NCBI GenBank assembly: GCA_040437565.1
Contig: JBDOQK010000036.1
Span: forward strand, 310,001 to 374,000
Direction of reading: 5' to 3'
DNA length: 64,000 nucleotides
DNA from: Albugo candida
Taxonomy: Eukaryota
This document shows positions 1-11,789 of this stretch, piece after piece. A model generated the notes under the pieces. That model made no database searches, had not been told where the DNA came from, and saw nothing but the letters and a program-made list of their open reading frames with translations. Made by a program: the position numbers and the translations under genes. Position 1 is the stretch's first letter, and each line of letters starts with the position of its first letter.

Positions 1-3000
1 TTGTTGGGACGTAAGGTCTTTGTTTCAGTCGTATTGCTTCGAGGTGCAGGTCGTTTAGGTGNNNNNNNNNNNNNNNNNNNNNNNNNNNNNNNNNNNNNNN
101 NNNNNNNNNNNNNNNNNNNNNNNNNNNNNNNNNNNNNNNNNNNNNNNNNNNNNNNNNNNNNGGAGCATCCATGTGGCTCGATACGTCAGCAGCGATCGGT
201 AAAGACGCTGACAAGAGATCAGTGGTGACTTCCGCTTGGATAGTTTCAGCCTCTGTAGCCTGTGCCTGTGCATGTTTGATACTTTCATTCTTCTTCGACT
301 TTGATACATTCGATGCCTTTACGACACTGTTGTTGGGACGTAAGGTCTTTGTTTCAGTCGTATTGCTTCGAGGTGCAGGTCGTTTAGGTGGAATAGCTCG
401 AGATTGTTGGCGTGAGAATTTTGTGGTCTCTGTGCTTTGGGCGCGGTCAATCATTCGATGAAGCTTTTCCGCAAACGATAAGCGCTCTTTGCTCAACGAG
501 GATTGCTGTTCTCGAAAAAGGTCTTTGGCATATTGACTGAGAGAATCTGAGTCATGACTGAGCGATTCGGAACGTTTATTATGACCTCTCGCTTTTGTAG
601 TTTTCAAATGCTGCGACGATGAAGTCAAATTGAGTTGTGGTTTCTGTGATAAAGTGCGTGCGATTTGTTTTACTTTAATATCATTCTGAGGCACCTTGAG
701 CCTTTGATTCTTTGTGACCGAGTTTCGAGTGTGAGCATCTGTCAAAGCTTGAGACTTTGAGATCCCTTTTTGGAGACGCGAACGGGGTGCTGGTAGAGCA
801 TTGGAAGAATATTCGGATCGCTTTCGTTTGCTATCTAATTTATCTTTTTGAGGTACGCCATACGTCGCCATTAATAATCGCTGACGCTCTTGCTTCATAC
901 AGCTTGGATGCTTTTTGGACACTTTATCGGATTTGGTTCGCATGGAATCGGACGCTTTTCTCGATATATTCCAACTCGAATCCCATTCTACTCGAGTCGG
1001 GCACTGGCCACTTGATTGTGGGAAAGCTGCTGGAAATAGCGATTGGGAGGATGGAGGATTCACTCCAGATGAGCGAGTGTTTGCCGGCCGCATGGAATGA
1101 GCCTGCGTACTGGTTTTCGACGGAGAATATCCCATTTCAGCACCAGAATTCGACCAAGAAGACTGTTTTTTCGCTAGCGTGATCGCATCCAATGCGGCCG
1201 CTACGCTCTGCTGCATCCCTTCTTCTTCATTGAGAATAGCCAGCACTGCCGAGAGTACATTCATCCCGTCATTATACTGCAGTAATCGAACAGCATGCGA
1301 GTACTTTGTCACAATATAAACAAGGAATCGCCCAACTGTCCCAATAGTTTTGTGGTCTTGAGCTGGGAGCGCTTGCTTGAGGTATAAAATCATTAATATG
1401 AATGGAATGCTGTCCAGCAGTTTGTTTGTCTTCTGACACACTTTGACCCAAATAAGACAAGCAATCGACTCATTCCCTTCAAGTTGAGATAATTCGATCA
1501 AAACTTGACTCGAGTGAAAATAGACCTGACGAGTGTGAATGCTATACGTTTTGTGATGGTATAATGATTTGAATATCAGGTCTAGAAGCGTCTCCAAACG
1601 GTGAATATCGCATGAAATAGGGCCTAAAAACGCGGCGATTGCTCCAGAAGCGGAAGCCTGTACGATCGCGTCATCGGGGAAGGAGGCCATAGTGTATAGT
1701 ATACTTGGAACGATGTCATTCTGGATGAAATACTCAATGATGGATGGACGAAGAAAGCAGAATCGACGAAGTAATACGAGACAGTAACAGAGTACAATTG
1801 CCTGTGAGCCATTCGCTACGAGTAGAGCTAGTAGAAGACTGGCTCCATTGCATGAATGGAGTATGTCTGCTGTGGCGTGTGGGTACGCTCGTGAGTATTG
1901 GACCACATGGGACACAAGGGATTTTGTGGTCGGGACGTCTACAGAATGCCCGTGTAATTGCTGAAGACAAGAAATGAGATGCTCCTTCACATCATTAGGG
2001 AGCTCTCGTGCTTCGATGCCGGCTGAATACGGCTGGACAGGCTCAATCGCTGATAATTGTGATTGTGAATGGGACATTGTGGGACCATTCGATGGATCAT
2101 TGTTGGAAACAACAGGAGGATGGAATTCGGTAGTTTCTGAAGCGGACGAAACCTCATGTGGTATCTTGTCCGATGTAATGTCATCACGATTGCTGTAGAG
2201 ATCGTGAATATCGTCCAGAGACTTTGAATGGGACCCCAACGTGTCTGGTATTGTGACTTGGCACGGTGCGATTGTACCACATAGTTCAGATGGCTCATTA
2301 GGTTCCAATAAACTTACTGGGACGCTCATANNNNNNNNNNNNNNNNNNNNNNNNNNNNNNNNNNNNNNNNNNNNNNNNNNNNNNNNNNNNNNNNNNNNNN
2401 NNNNNNNNNNNNNNNNNNNNNNNNNNNNNNAATGTCATCACGATTGCTGTAGAGATCGTGAATATCGTCCAGAGACTTTGAATGGGACCCCAACGTGTCT
2501 GGTATTGTGACTTGGCACGGTGCGATTGTACCACATAGTTCAGATGGCTCATTAGGTTCCAATAAACTTACTGGGACGCTCATATTTGTGCTTGCTGGTA
2601 CAGCTGGTTCGGTAGAAAAATTGTTGGCTGTACCAATTCCGGACTCTGCAAATTCTGGTAGATTAAAATCGGTATGCGCCATTTCTTCCTCCATATTCGT
2701 TTGCTCCATATTTTCTTCTACCTTGCCCTCGTCCTGTTCTTCCTCTAAACTTTTATCATCTATTTCGCGAATGCGTTCTAGTGTGACATCCCCCTCCATT
2801 TCACCGTCATCGTACCGAATCGTGTACCGTCCATCATTTTGGACTTCCGAAATCGTCCCAGTGTACCAATCTCCGCTTGAAGCATAATTTCCTGCAACGC
2901 GTGTACCACAACAAATCGTACCATACTCATGTACCCTGATATATTCCTGTACTACCTCATGTTCGACCTCACCGTCATCATACTGAATCTCATATACACA

Positions 3001-3117
3001 TGCGTCACATTCTGTCACCTTTACGGCCGCAATAAGACCAGGGTACCAAACCTTATCGGTATTTCCTTCATACAAACAGTCAACTCGAGTTCCCACCGAA
3101 AACGCATTTTGTTCCAT
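1..3117 (-). CDS. Tandem Tudor-domain protein with central ARM-like helical region and long S/K/R-rich disordered tail (3' end outside window)
   Basis: ATG at 3117 (MEQNAF). Two Tudor/Agenet-like repeats: GTRVDCLYEG..WYPGLI..YEIQYDDGEVE and GTRVAGNY..WYTGTI..YTIRYDDGEME. After removing the duplicated gap flank, manual translation stays open from 2330 to the gap at 161 (..LLRRFCFL..YTMASFPDDAIVQASASGAIAAF..). The ORF track omits this part because no stop codon is reached in the window. Confidence 0.75.
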
Positions 3118-3297
3118 TGTTTTTGTAAAGAGACCGTTATGGAACAAAGAGACTCGAGACGATGGAAGCGTCACCTTTTATCAACAGACGCAAAGGTTTA
3201 CAAAATGCACTCTATTAATCTCCTTTCTCATGTACATGCGATTCTATTACATATGGAGGCTTTTGTAGGCGCCCGTTTTCATCCTCATTTTCATGTT

Positions 3298-3942
3298 TCA
3301 CGCATTTGGCAGTTGGGACCTCGCTTTAGCAGCACGAATTTCTGCTATCAGTTGAAGTGCTTGTATCCGGTCAGCTTCGATTTGAGCAATGCGTCGCTCT
3401 GTTGGCCACTCATTCTTACTACTGCGTTTCAGTTTCTCACGAGCGTCATCGAGTTCCATACAATCCATTTTCTCTTTCTGTGCTATTTTTCCTCGTAAAT
3501 AATCGCATTGAGAAACGATACAATGGCCCTCAATAGGCGTGCTACATGATTTAGCGTGATAACATAGTAAACCCCAGATTTTGACGCAGGCGTCACAGCT
3601 AACAGAGAATTAGCACCCTTATATTGATCGCAATCAATCGCATACCTTTCGATTGGAGAAACTGTACGACGAGGACCATAACATCGAACGAAATGATCGA
3701 TACTAGCCCTCACTTTATGACATCGCTTGCTGGTACATTGTGCCATTTCTGCGCATTGTGAGGCGTGTAGCAAGGCATCGTTATATATTTCAAACTTCTC
3801 TTCATGAGACCTCGATAACATGGAAGTGTGGAGTCGCATGCGTAAATGTGCTGTGCGACCTTCCTGCAACCTTATACGGTTAACAGCATCATTATCGAAG
3901 AAAGCATGAGCTCGACGTATTTACTTATCGGGACCTTGTCGC
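3298..3942 (-). CDS. TAZ-type zinc finger protein (spliced; 5' exons uncertain, possibly up to ~4265)
   Basis: Removing a GT-AG intron at ~3645-3599 gives LLHASQCAEMAQCTSKRC..IDHFVRC..SCDACVKIWGLLCYHAKSC..HCIVSQC, the H/C spacing of TAZ fingers. Stop TGA at 3298-3300. Confidence 0.7.
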
Positions 3943-4358
3943 CTAACAGAATAAGAATCGTCTCAGAACTGCGCACTAAATAAAAGTTACAGCATTAACT
4001 GAGTTCCTATCATTTCGAGGGAGGTACGCAAATTGTGGGATATCATGGCCTGTAAAAGCACACCGTAAGTATTATATCGAAGCTCAACAGCTAGCCTCTC
4101 ATCTGGCTACACAATCAACACCATCGAGTAGGTCGCCATTGTAACGACTTCGGCAAACGTTTACGATGTTGGCATAAACGCGTTTGATAGCGAAATTGGT
4201 GACCTCTTTCCGGTGAGGCAAGGATCATTCGAGTGTTTCGGAAATCGGTCAAGCGTGGCAGCATAAGTTTTGAAGTAAATGAAATGATCCATATATGTAT
4301 ACGTATAGTCTACATGATGAGGACTTCTTTCATGTGTATGATATCAAATATTGGGTAA

Positions 4359-4673
4359 TTAATGTTGCTGAATACTTATCTCACTACTAGGCTCACACAC
4401 TGCGTTCTTTCGTAATTTCAATACGATATCTTGATCTTGAGACGAGAGCTTGTTAAATCCATCCAAACATTCTAGCGGGATCGTGCCAACATGCGGATAG
4501 CATATGACGTGATGCCACTCTATACACACAAATCCATTCTGGTGCTGGAAAACGACTCCAATTCGAAGCAACCCGATCCGAATTGTCGATTCACATGATC
4601 GACAACAGCTGCGGCTGCAGCGCGTAGACTCAATGATACACGTTGTGTCTCTTTTCCAGGGCGAAAGTGACAT
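4359..4673 (-). CDS. Small PARP-type zinc finger protein (104 aa)
   Basis: IESTRCSRSCCRSCESTIRIGLLRIG..EWHHVIC..LDGFNKLSSQDQDIV matches the zf-PARP pattern (E..KS.RS.C..C...I....LR.G..W.H..C..GF..L...DQ..V). Confidence 0.75.
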   Translation of the reverse strand: MSLSPWKRDTTCIIESTRCSRSCCRSCESTIRIGLLRIGVVFQHQNGFVCIEWHHVICYPHVGTIPLECLDGFNKLSSQDQDIVLKLRKNAVCEPSSEISIQQH

Positions 4674-5499
4674 TTTATTTGTTGTCGTTTAGATGGGTCA
4701 AAGTTGATCTGATTGATATGAGGGAGGCGACTATCCGATGAAAGCAAGATGGGAGATACTGCGCATGTGCGGGAAGAAGGGAGAGAAAGGTGGTGTTTCT
4801 ACATGTAAAAGTCGACTTCATAAGGTTTCTCAATGCAACAACTTTGATTTGAAAATATGTTTCACAGCAATTATCCGAATCTAACTATTGAAACAGCGGT
4901 TGGGTACTTTTCGACGCAAAAATGCGAATAATGAATTGGCGTTGAGGAACGAGTATGTAGATTATCGTGAAAACCCCTTCTTCATCGTCACCTCCGAAGA
5001 GATCCCTCGATATTCTGTCTTGCTATTGGCCCAGACAATCTCGACCGCGCACACGGAAATAGGCGGACGAGAAATCGCTCAAGGCCTCAATCAGTAGTAA
5101 GTAGAGTGAATGGTGGAGAGAAAAAAGTAATACAGTTTGTGACAAATCCCGACTCGGCCTGTATTAAGAGCTCCACGAACATTACAGTAACACGTTCAAA
5201 GGTCTGATTGGACAGGAAGCGTTCATGAGAGGTGACCACGAGTCTGTGGGAAGTAAAGTACGACGTGCACACCTACACCCTCGGCGGACTCACTATACAA
5301 ATCTGCTTTCCCTAGAAATATTAGAGCAGCCACAGTAGCATGTGATCCAAAATTACCCCGTAGATAGGATCAGAAATAGCTATTCAGTATGTTATATGTG
5401 GTAGAGGGAATGACCTGATGTTAAATCGAATCTTTGCGAGTGAGAATCTGATAAGTTGTTTGCTCATGTCGCGTTTGTGAGTAACACTATAGAGAAGTC

Positions 5500-6679
5500 A
5501 TGCAACAATCGCAGCGAGAAAAAGCGCACTTGCTATTTACAGAAATGACTCATCGAATCGACACTCCGAATTTGTGAGTGACAAATTCTGACGCAAACTT
5601 TTTGTCATATTCAAAGTCGATTGGCCTGGATCTCCATGTGTCGCCACCTGCCATTTGTGATTGGCTCGTGTTTGTAACTGACGGTTTGACTTGTAAGGAA
5701 ATCAATGATCGACTTCCAATCTGAAAAGCCCTCAATTCATTTGCACGACAATGAACGTGTGCTATGCAGAACGGGGGCACTTTGTGACGCAAATGTGAAG
5801 GAGCACGCAGCCGTAAACTTTGCAGGACCGTCATCCGCACGTACTCAGTGTTGTGTGTATGTAACCAATTTCCGCCTACTAGTCGAGGTANNNNNNNNNN
5901 NNNNNNNNNNNNNNNNNNNNNNNNNNNNNNNNNNNNNNNNNNNNNNNNNNNNNNNNNNNNNNNNNNNNNNNNNNNNNNNNNNNNNNNNNNGTGTGCTATG
6001 CAGAACGGGGGCACTTTGTGACGCAAATGTGAAGGAGCACGCAGCCGTAAACTTTGCAGGACCGTCATCCGCACGTACTCAGTGTTGTGTGTATGTAACC
6101 AATTTCCGCCTACTAGTCGAGGTACATACCAGTGCGCATTACACAATAAATTCATTAGAGTAGTAAACGCATTGTAGCGCAGAATAGCAGGAACGGACCC
6201 ATCATTTGAGATACCACTCTGCTCTATTGCCGAAGTTTGCGGAGATCGGCTCAATAAAAAGATAACATCAACTCCAGAAGTGCTTATCGCATGCAAAAAT
6301 TTTAAATTTGTCAAGTTATCTTTTTCAGTTGATTCGACTAACAGCTTTGAGGCATTTGTTACCCTTCTCCGAGACAGCTTACTGAAAAGAGATGTGATGC
6401 CGCTACCCTCACCCTCACCNNNNNNNNNNNNNNNNNNNNNNNNNNNNNNNNNNNNNNNNNNNNNNNNNNNNNNNNNNNNNNNNNNNNNNNNNNNNNNNNN
6501 NNNNNNNNNNNNNNNNNNNATCGGCTCAATAAAAAGATAACATCAACTCCAGAAGTGCTTATCGCATGCAAAAATTTTAAATTTGTCAAGTTATCTTTTT
6601 CAGTTGATTCGACTAACAGCTTTGAGGCATTTGTTACCCTTCTCCGAGACAGCTTACTGAAAAGAGATGTGATGCCGCT

Positions 6680-6711
<32 letters not shown>

Positions 6712-8527
6712 CAATTGAGGAATCGTGGCTTGAAAGTTATACAAGTACTGAGTTCAGGCGTCTCAATTTTAGAATTCCAACTCGCCATTCTCATCTGGGA
6801 AATGGGTTTCGTATTACCTCAATCAACGAAAACGGAAAATTTTGTCCAAGCTACCCACGCCATCTCATTGTCCCAAACAGCATATCTGATGGAGAATTAC
6901 GCAAAATTAGGCTATTTAGAGCTCAAAATCGGATTCCGGCCATAACATATCGTCATCCGAATGGAACAATAATTGGTCGATGTTCTCAGCCACTTATCGG
7001 ACTAAGACGACGACGATGTGTATCCGATGAGAGCTACATGGAATCTCTTTCACATCAAACCAATGGAAAGCTGGCGTTCATTGATTGTCGAAGCCAGGTA
7101 AGATACAGACTTAACGACTAAAATCATTTTAACAAATTTACTGATAGACGAGTGCGTATGGGAATGTTGCAATCGGCGGCGGATTTGAGATGTAGGCGGT
7201 AATACGAAGGCTTCACTGAGAAATGATCATATCTGGGCTGTTTGCTTTTAGTTTGGACCATTACAAAGATTGCGCCATTTATTTTATGGGAATTGAAAAC
7301 ATTCATTCTATGAGAGATTCAATTCGAAAATTTTATGATATCATAAAAGACGAGCTTCATGGAAATGAACGTGCCAATTGGTGGTCTTGTATCGAGGTGA
7401 GCTGATCAAATAAACTCATTATCGCTCAGCTGACGCACTATGAGCAAGAACACACGCTGGTTGGAGCATGTGCGATCACTTCTGATCACGACAACGTTTT
7501 GTATGACCAAAGTACTCGAAGAGAATACATCACTAGTGATTCATTGCTCAGATGGCTGGGATCGCACCGCCCAAATCGTATCACTTGTAAAGTTGTGCTT
7601 GGATCCACATTACCGCACCATCTCAGGTTTTCAGATACTTATTCATTCAGAGTGGTGTGCATTTGGTCACTTATTCCGCTCTCGAACGGGTCACTCAAAA
7701 GAACGTGCGAGTTACTGGGAAAACGAGGACACTTCGCCCGTTTTCATGCAATTTATTGACGCTGTTTGGCAACTTATACATCAATTTCCTTTTTCATTCG
7801 AATTTACCGAGGCTTTCCTGATTGCTTTACTCGATGAAGTGTATGAGAAGCGGAGCACCACGTTTTCTTTTGATCAAGAGACGGATCGTCTGGTGTGTAA
7901 GTCCTTATACAATATCTAGCACTTCTAACTGTTACACGTAGCCCCAAGTCGGTAACAGCGCGTGGGCACTGCTACGCCATCAATTATCTACCGATGAAAT
8001 CGTGAATCCGGTCTATCTACCCGCAACTGATAACGAGGACAACCGATCTCCCTTGACGCTTCGATTTCGGTGGCATGCGAGCTCTTTAGCACTTTGGTCC
8101 AGTTTCTACCTGCGCTCTTTTGTATCAAACGACCCGAAAGTAAGCGTACAGCAATACTGTATATAATGGTATTAATATACTTTAGGGAGCATGGCTACGC
8201 GAATTACATGAAAATCAGAATCGATTGGAGCAAGCACTGACTGATGCAAACGAACAATTAGAAACAAAAACGAAACTCAATTCAAATCTGAATTTGGAGT
8301 TGGAATCACTGCGACAAGAACGCATGAGAATTCAAAAAGAGTTGGAAGCTCGTAAAGCTATATCAAAATTACGATGCGGTGATTCACATGATGTCGAACT
8401 GGATCAGGATACTGTGTTGGTCGATTCGTTCTCCACGCAACACGATATGGAAGACACCTCCTCAGTATTTCTGACAAGTGATTTCCAATTGATTACGTCC
8501 TATTTCGATTGCGAAGCAAAGCAGTAA
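5500..8527 (+). CDS. Myotubularin-family phosphoinositide 3-phosphatase (GRAM-like, PTP, coiled coil), multi-exon
   Basis: Active-site VIHCSDGWDRT; CPSYPRHLIVP, RCSQPLIG, IENIHSMRDS, EWCAFGH, SPVFMQFIDAVWQL; C-terminal coiled coil at 8225-8527. The start codon is tentative, and two gap-flank duplications lie inside the gene. Confidence 0.9.
6681..6712 (+). repeat. (CCCTCA)5 coding microsatellite encoding a Pro-Ser repeat
   Basis: ccctcaccctcaccctcaccctcaccctca within the myotubularin frame (PSPSPSPSPSP). Confidence 0.85.
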
Positions 8528-9153
8528 ATAGAGTTCCACAAGTATATGATCGCAATGCATTCTTTCGTCATGTCAATACAGCATGGCGCATAATGTATAC
8601 TTGAACATTGGTACCTTTTTTTTCATGTAGTTTAAACGTAACAAAAGTAGGTAATGTCACATGAAGAATCTTGTTTTTTTTTGTGACAAGTTACAGTACA
8701 GAAAGATTTGAGATCACGTATGTAAACAGAATGCAAATCTTGTGGTGTCACCAAAAGCGTAGAAAGTGTCGCAAAGAACTAGCAAAGGGAGGATAACGGA
8801 CCACACTTGGGCTAGTATCCCTATCCACACGGAGTGTGACACATACATGTCTCTTAGTTGATTTGATTATTAGAATACACTTTACAAGTACGAATGAATT
8901 AGGAAAAACCGGCTCTTTACGTTGACGTTAGCTACCACTAGAATACCAAACACGGTAGTAAAGAAAGCGTAATCGCTACTAAAGCATAAACAAACCATAT
9001 CTCATACAACGTACTTTCTTCGTGATGTAGCATTGGATTTTTTTTGCAACAGCAATCTTCGTATTCTTTTCTCTTCTCAAATTCAACGGCCAATTCGTTT
9101 TATCGCATTTGTAGATCCACTGACTACTTCACACATTAACAAAACATTACACC

Positions 9154-9999
9154 ATGACCATCACTCAGACCGTTCAAAAACAGCTTTTCGGGAATGATAA
9201 AGTCATCCGCTTAGCTCTTGACATTAATACTCGAAAGAATCCATCCAATCCTACGCAATCAGGCATAAGCCAACAAATCGAAAATAACACATATAGTTAC
9301 CAAGACAAACAACCTTTCGGAAGCGGCAAAGCCTGGACGCACGATGAACACGCACGTTTCCTGGAAGCGCTGGATTTGTATCCGTCCGGGCCATGGAAGA
9401 TTATTGCCGCTTATGTCGGCTCAAAAACCACGAGGCAAACTATGACACATGCGCAAAAGTATCGACAGAAAATCGAGAGACGGCGCCGTGGCCTGCGCAC
9501 TCGCTCATCTTCCCCGTTGAAGAAGCATACATCAGAAGAGAAAGAAGCTGTCAAATTGAGCGAAGGGGACGTATTGTCGGTTCCACAACTGGCTTCCGAT
9601 GGCAAAAGCATTATTTTTGACTCAGAACATGCTCCGGGATCACCCTCATCTGTGGATATATCCTTCTCCGGTGCATACAATACGTACCCGACTAACAATC
9701 TTCAAGTTCAGGCTCCATGTCCTCAGAATACTGTCAATGTTACATCCATTGGATCAGGAGCTTGCCATCCGCAAAACATATCGATTCCTACCTGTACAGT
9801 ATCAGACCTATCGGAATGCTCGAGTGCAATAGAGCTAGATTTATTTGCAGACCTCGTCGGAGAATGGGAACCACTAACTTTCACCTACTACAACAGCACA
9901 CTATCGTACGAATCTCAGCCTCCGTTCACTGAGGTGAATGATTTCGAAGCAGAACTTGCCATGACCGATGATCTTGTAGATTTGATGCTAACTTTATAA
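9154..9999 (+). CDS. Single-repeat MYB transcription factor (SHAQKY class, THAQKY variant)
   Basis: WTHDEHARFLEALDLYPSGPWKIIAAYVGSKTTRQTMTHAQKY; acidic C-terminus; single exon. Confidence 0.9.
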   Translation: MTITQTVQKQLFGNDKVIRLALDINTRKNPSNPTQSGISQQIENNTYSYQDKQPFGSGKAWTHDEHARFLEALDLYPSGPWKIIAAYVGSKTTRQTMTHAQKYRQKIERRRRGLRTRSSSPLKKHTSEEKEAVKLSEGDVLSVPQLASDGKSIIFDSEHAPGSPSSVDISFSGAYNTYPTNNLQVQAPCPQNTVNVTSIGSGACHPQNISIPTCTVSDLSECSSAIELDLFADLVGEWEPLTFTYYNSTLSYESQPPFTEVNDFEAELAMTDDLVDLMLTL

Positions 10000-10178
10000 G
10001 CACGTTTGATCGCTGAGTTTTAGTAGTAATTTATTGTAACACGAGTGCGCTGTACGTTGTTATTTTGTTGTTGGAAGGTAGCAACACCGCACTAGTGCGG
10101 AATTAGTTGAACGCTAGCCCTATCAGAGTCAATTTGGCGTGGAGGAATGTTGCAAATCCGAGCTTGAGATGATACGCT

Positions 10179-11301
10179 TTATTTCCGAAAGACTCGATTC
10201 GATTCATGATTCTTTCTCAACCGCCTGGTGTGATGTTGCATCCACAGCTTTCTATCGTCATTAGTGCTTCCTTGCGCAGACCTTCTTCTGCCGATATAAT
10301 ACTCACTGGAAGCATGTACTTTATAACCAAAAATTCGAGGTGTATACTTTTGCGTGGGAGGTGAAGGGACCAAGTACGAGTGAGTCATTAGAAACATGTG
10401 CGGAAATGTGGAACCAAAATACGCGCCGTCGATTTCTGCTTAGTAGAAACGCACATAGTAGCAGTCAGTAAGTACTCCTCTTACAGTGTTGGGCAACCAC
10501 TTACGTCCGGCTCGTTGCGACTTTGGGAAATAAATTTCTCGGCATTTTGGACAGAAAACATTGACAGTTGTGTGACGAGGACCATCCGACTGACCAACGG
10601 GTAACACAGGTTGCCCTTGGCAAAAGACACGATGACATCGTCCAAACTCTACATTGCGATACTTTTCCAGCATCGCAGCCATTCCTTTGGTCGTCAGTAT
10701 ATATCGCGCATGTATCAAACCATACAGCATTTCAGCAGCAGATTCTACCATTTCTTGCTGCATTTGCGTAAGATGTTGCTCTACATCACAGAACATGAGG
10801 GAAAATATGCACTATCAGAAGTCTTGATTACATACCATTTGGATTCTCAATATCCAGAATGAGATCGAGCGCGTATTCGTAATAAGGTACGATACCACTC
10901 AATCCGGTCAAGTTGAAATCATCTTCGATATACTCTTCGTCCACTTCGCATAAAAAATCGTTTTCTCGAAGGGAGCAAAACCAGGTGATCCAACTTGTTT
11001 CTTCCCCACTCTCATCCTCGGCATCTTCTTCACCATCTTCTTCCTCATCTTCAGCAGCAATCTGATCATACGTTGCAACCTCTTCTTCGCTAGCAGCTTC
11101 AGATGATTCACCACTCATATACTCCTGCTGTTGATCGTCGTAATGTTCATACGCTTGTCGCAATTCATTTTCGTCCAATGATATTGCTCTTCTGGCATTC
11201 GAGCGAACAATCTCTTGCGCTTCCTGTTCTTCCTGTAACTCTATTTGAAGCATACGCTGCTGTAATAACTCTAATTGCTGTTCTCGATCCACTCCATTCA
11301 T
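10179..11301 (-). CDS. CKB: Casein kinase II regulatory (beta) subunit, 3 exons
   Basis: [38 protein letters not shown]; zinc ribbon [28 protein letters not shown] in the last exon. Confidence 0.95.
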
Positions 11302-11789
11302 AATCAATTTTTCTGGCTACTATGAAAAAAGCTACCGAAAATACAAACACTCTTCCGAGAGGGTGTTAGGTTCGGTTTTATCGCACCTCGAGGCGCTGAA
11401 TGCCCCGCCGATTTGCACTTGAATTTGGAGCGTTTGGCGACAAACCAATTGTCAAATACGGAATCGCCTACCGGTAATACCCGTCAAATACTATAATAGA
11501 GTTGCCTACATCAATTTTAGGATGTATGAGTGATTACGCCTACGAGTCATATCTTGTAGCAGCTACTGTATCAAGCTGTGATATCAGCAAAAGGGGAATG
11601 TATCAAGTCGGTACTTTATCGGATTTGGAGTGCTTGTTCCTGTTTAGAAAGACTGAGATTGTTTCGTCTGCGCCATCAAGGTCGTCAGATGATGTCTCCA
11701 CCGTCGCTTTGTGGACCGAAAGTCGGATCGCCAGAAGTAAACCATATAAAAGACCTCGACGGGAAGTCAATCTAGAACCTGACTTCGCT

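Noticed and set aside
6681-6712. (CCCTCA)n as an interstitial telomere
   Set aside because: Lies in frame in myotubularin encoding Pro-Ser and does not match TTTAGGG.
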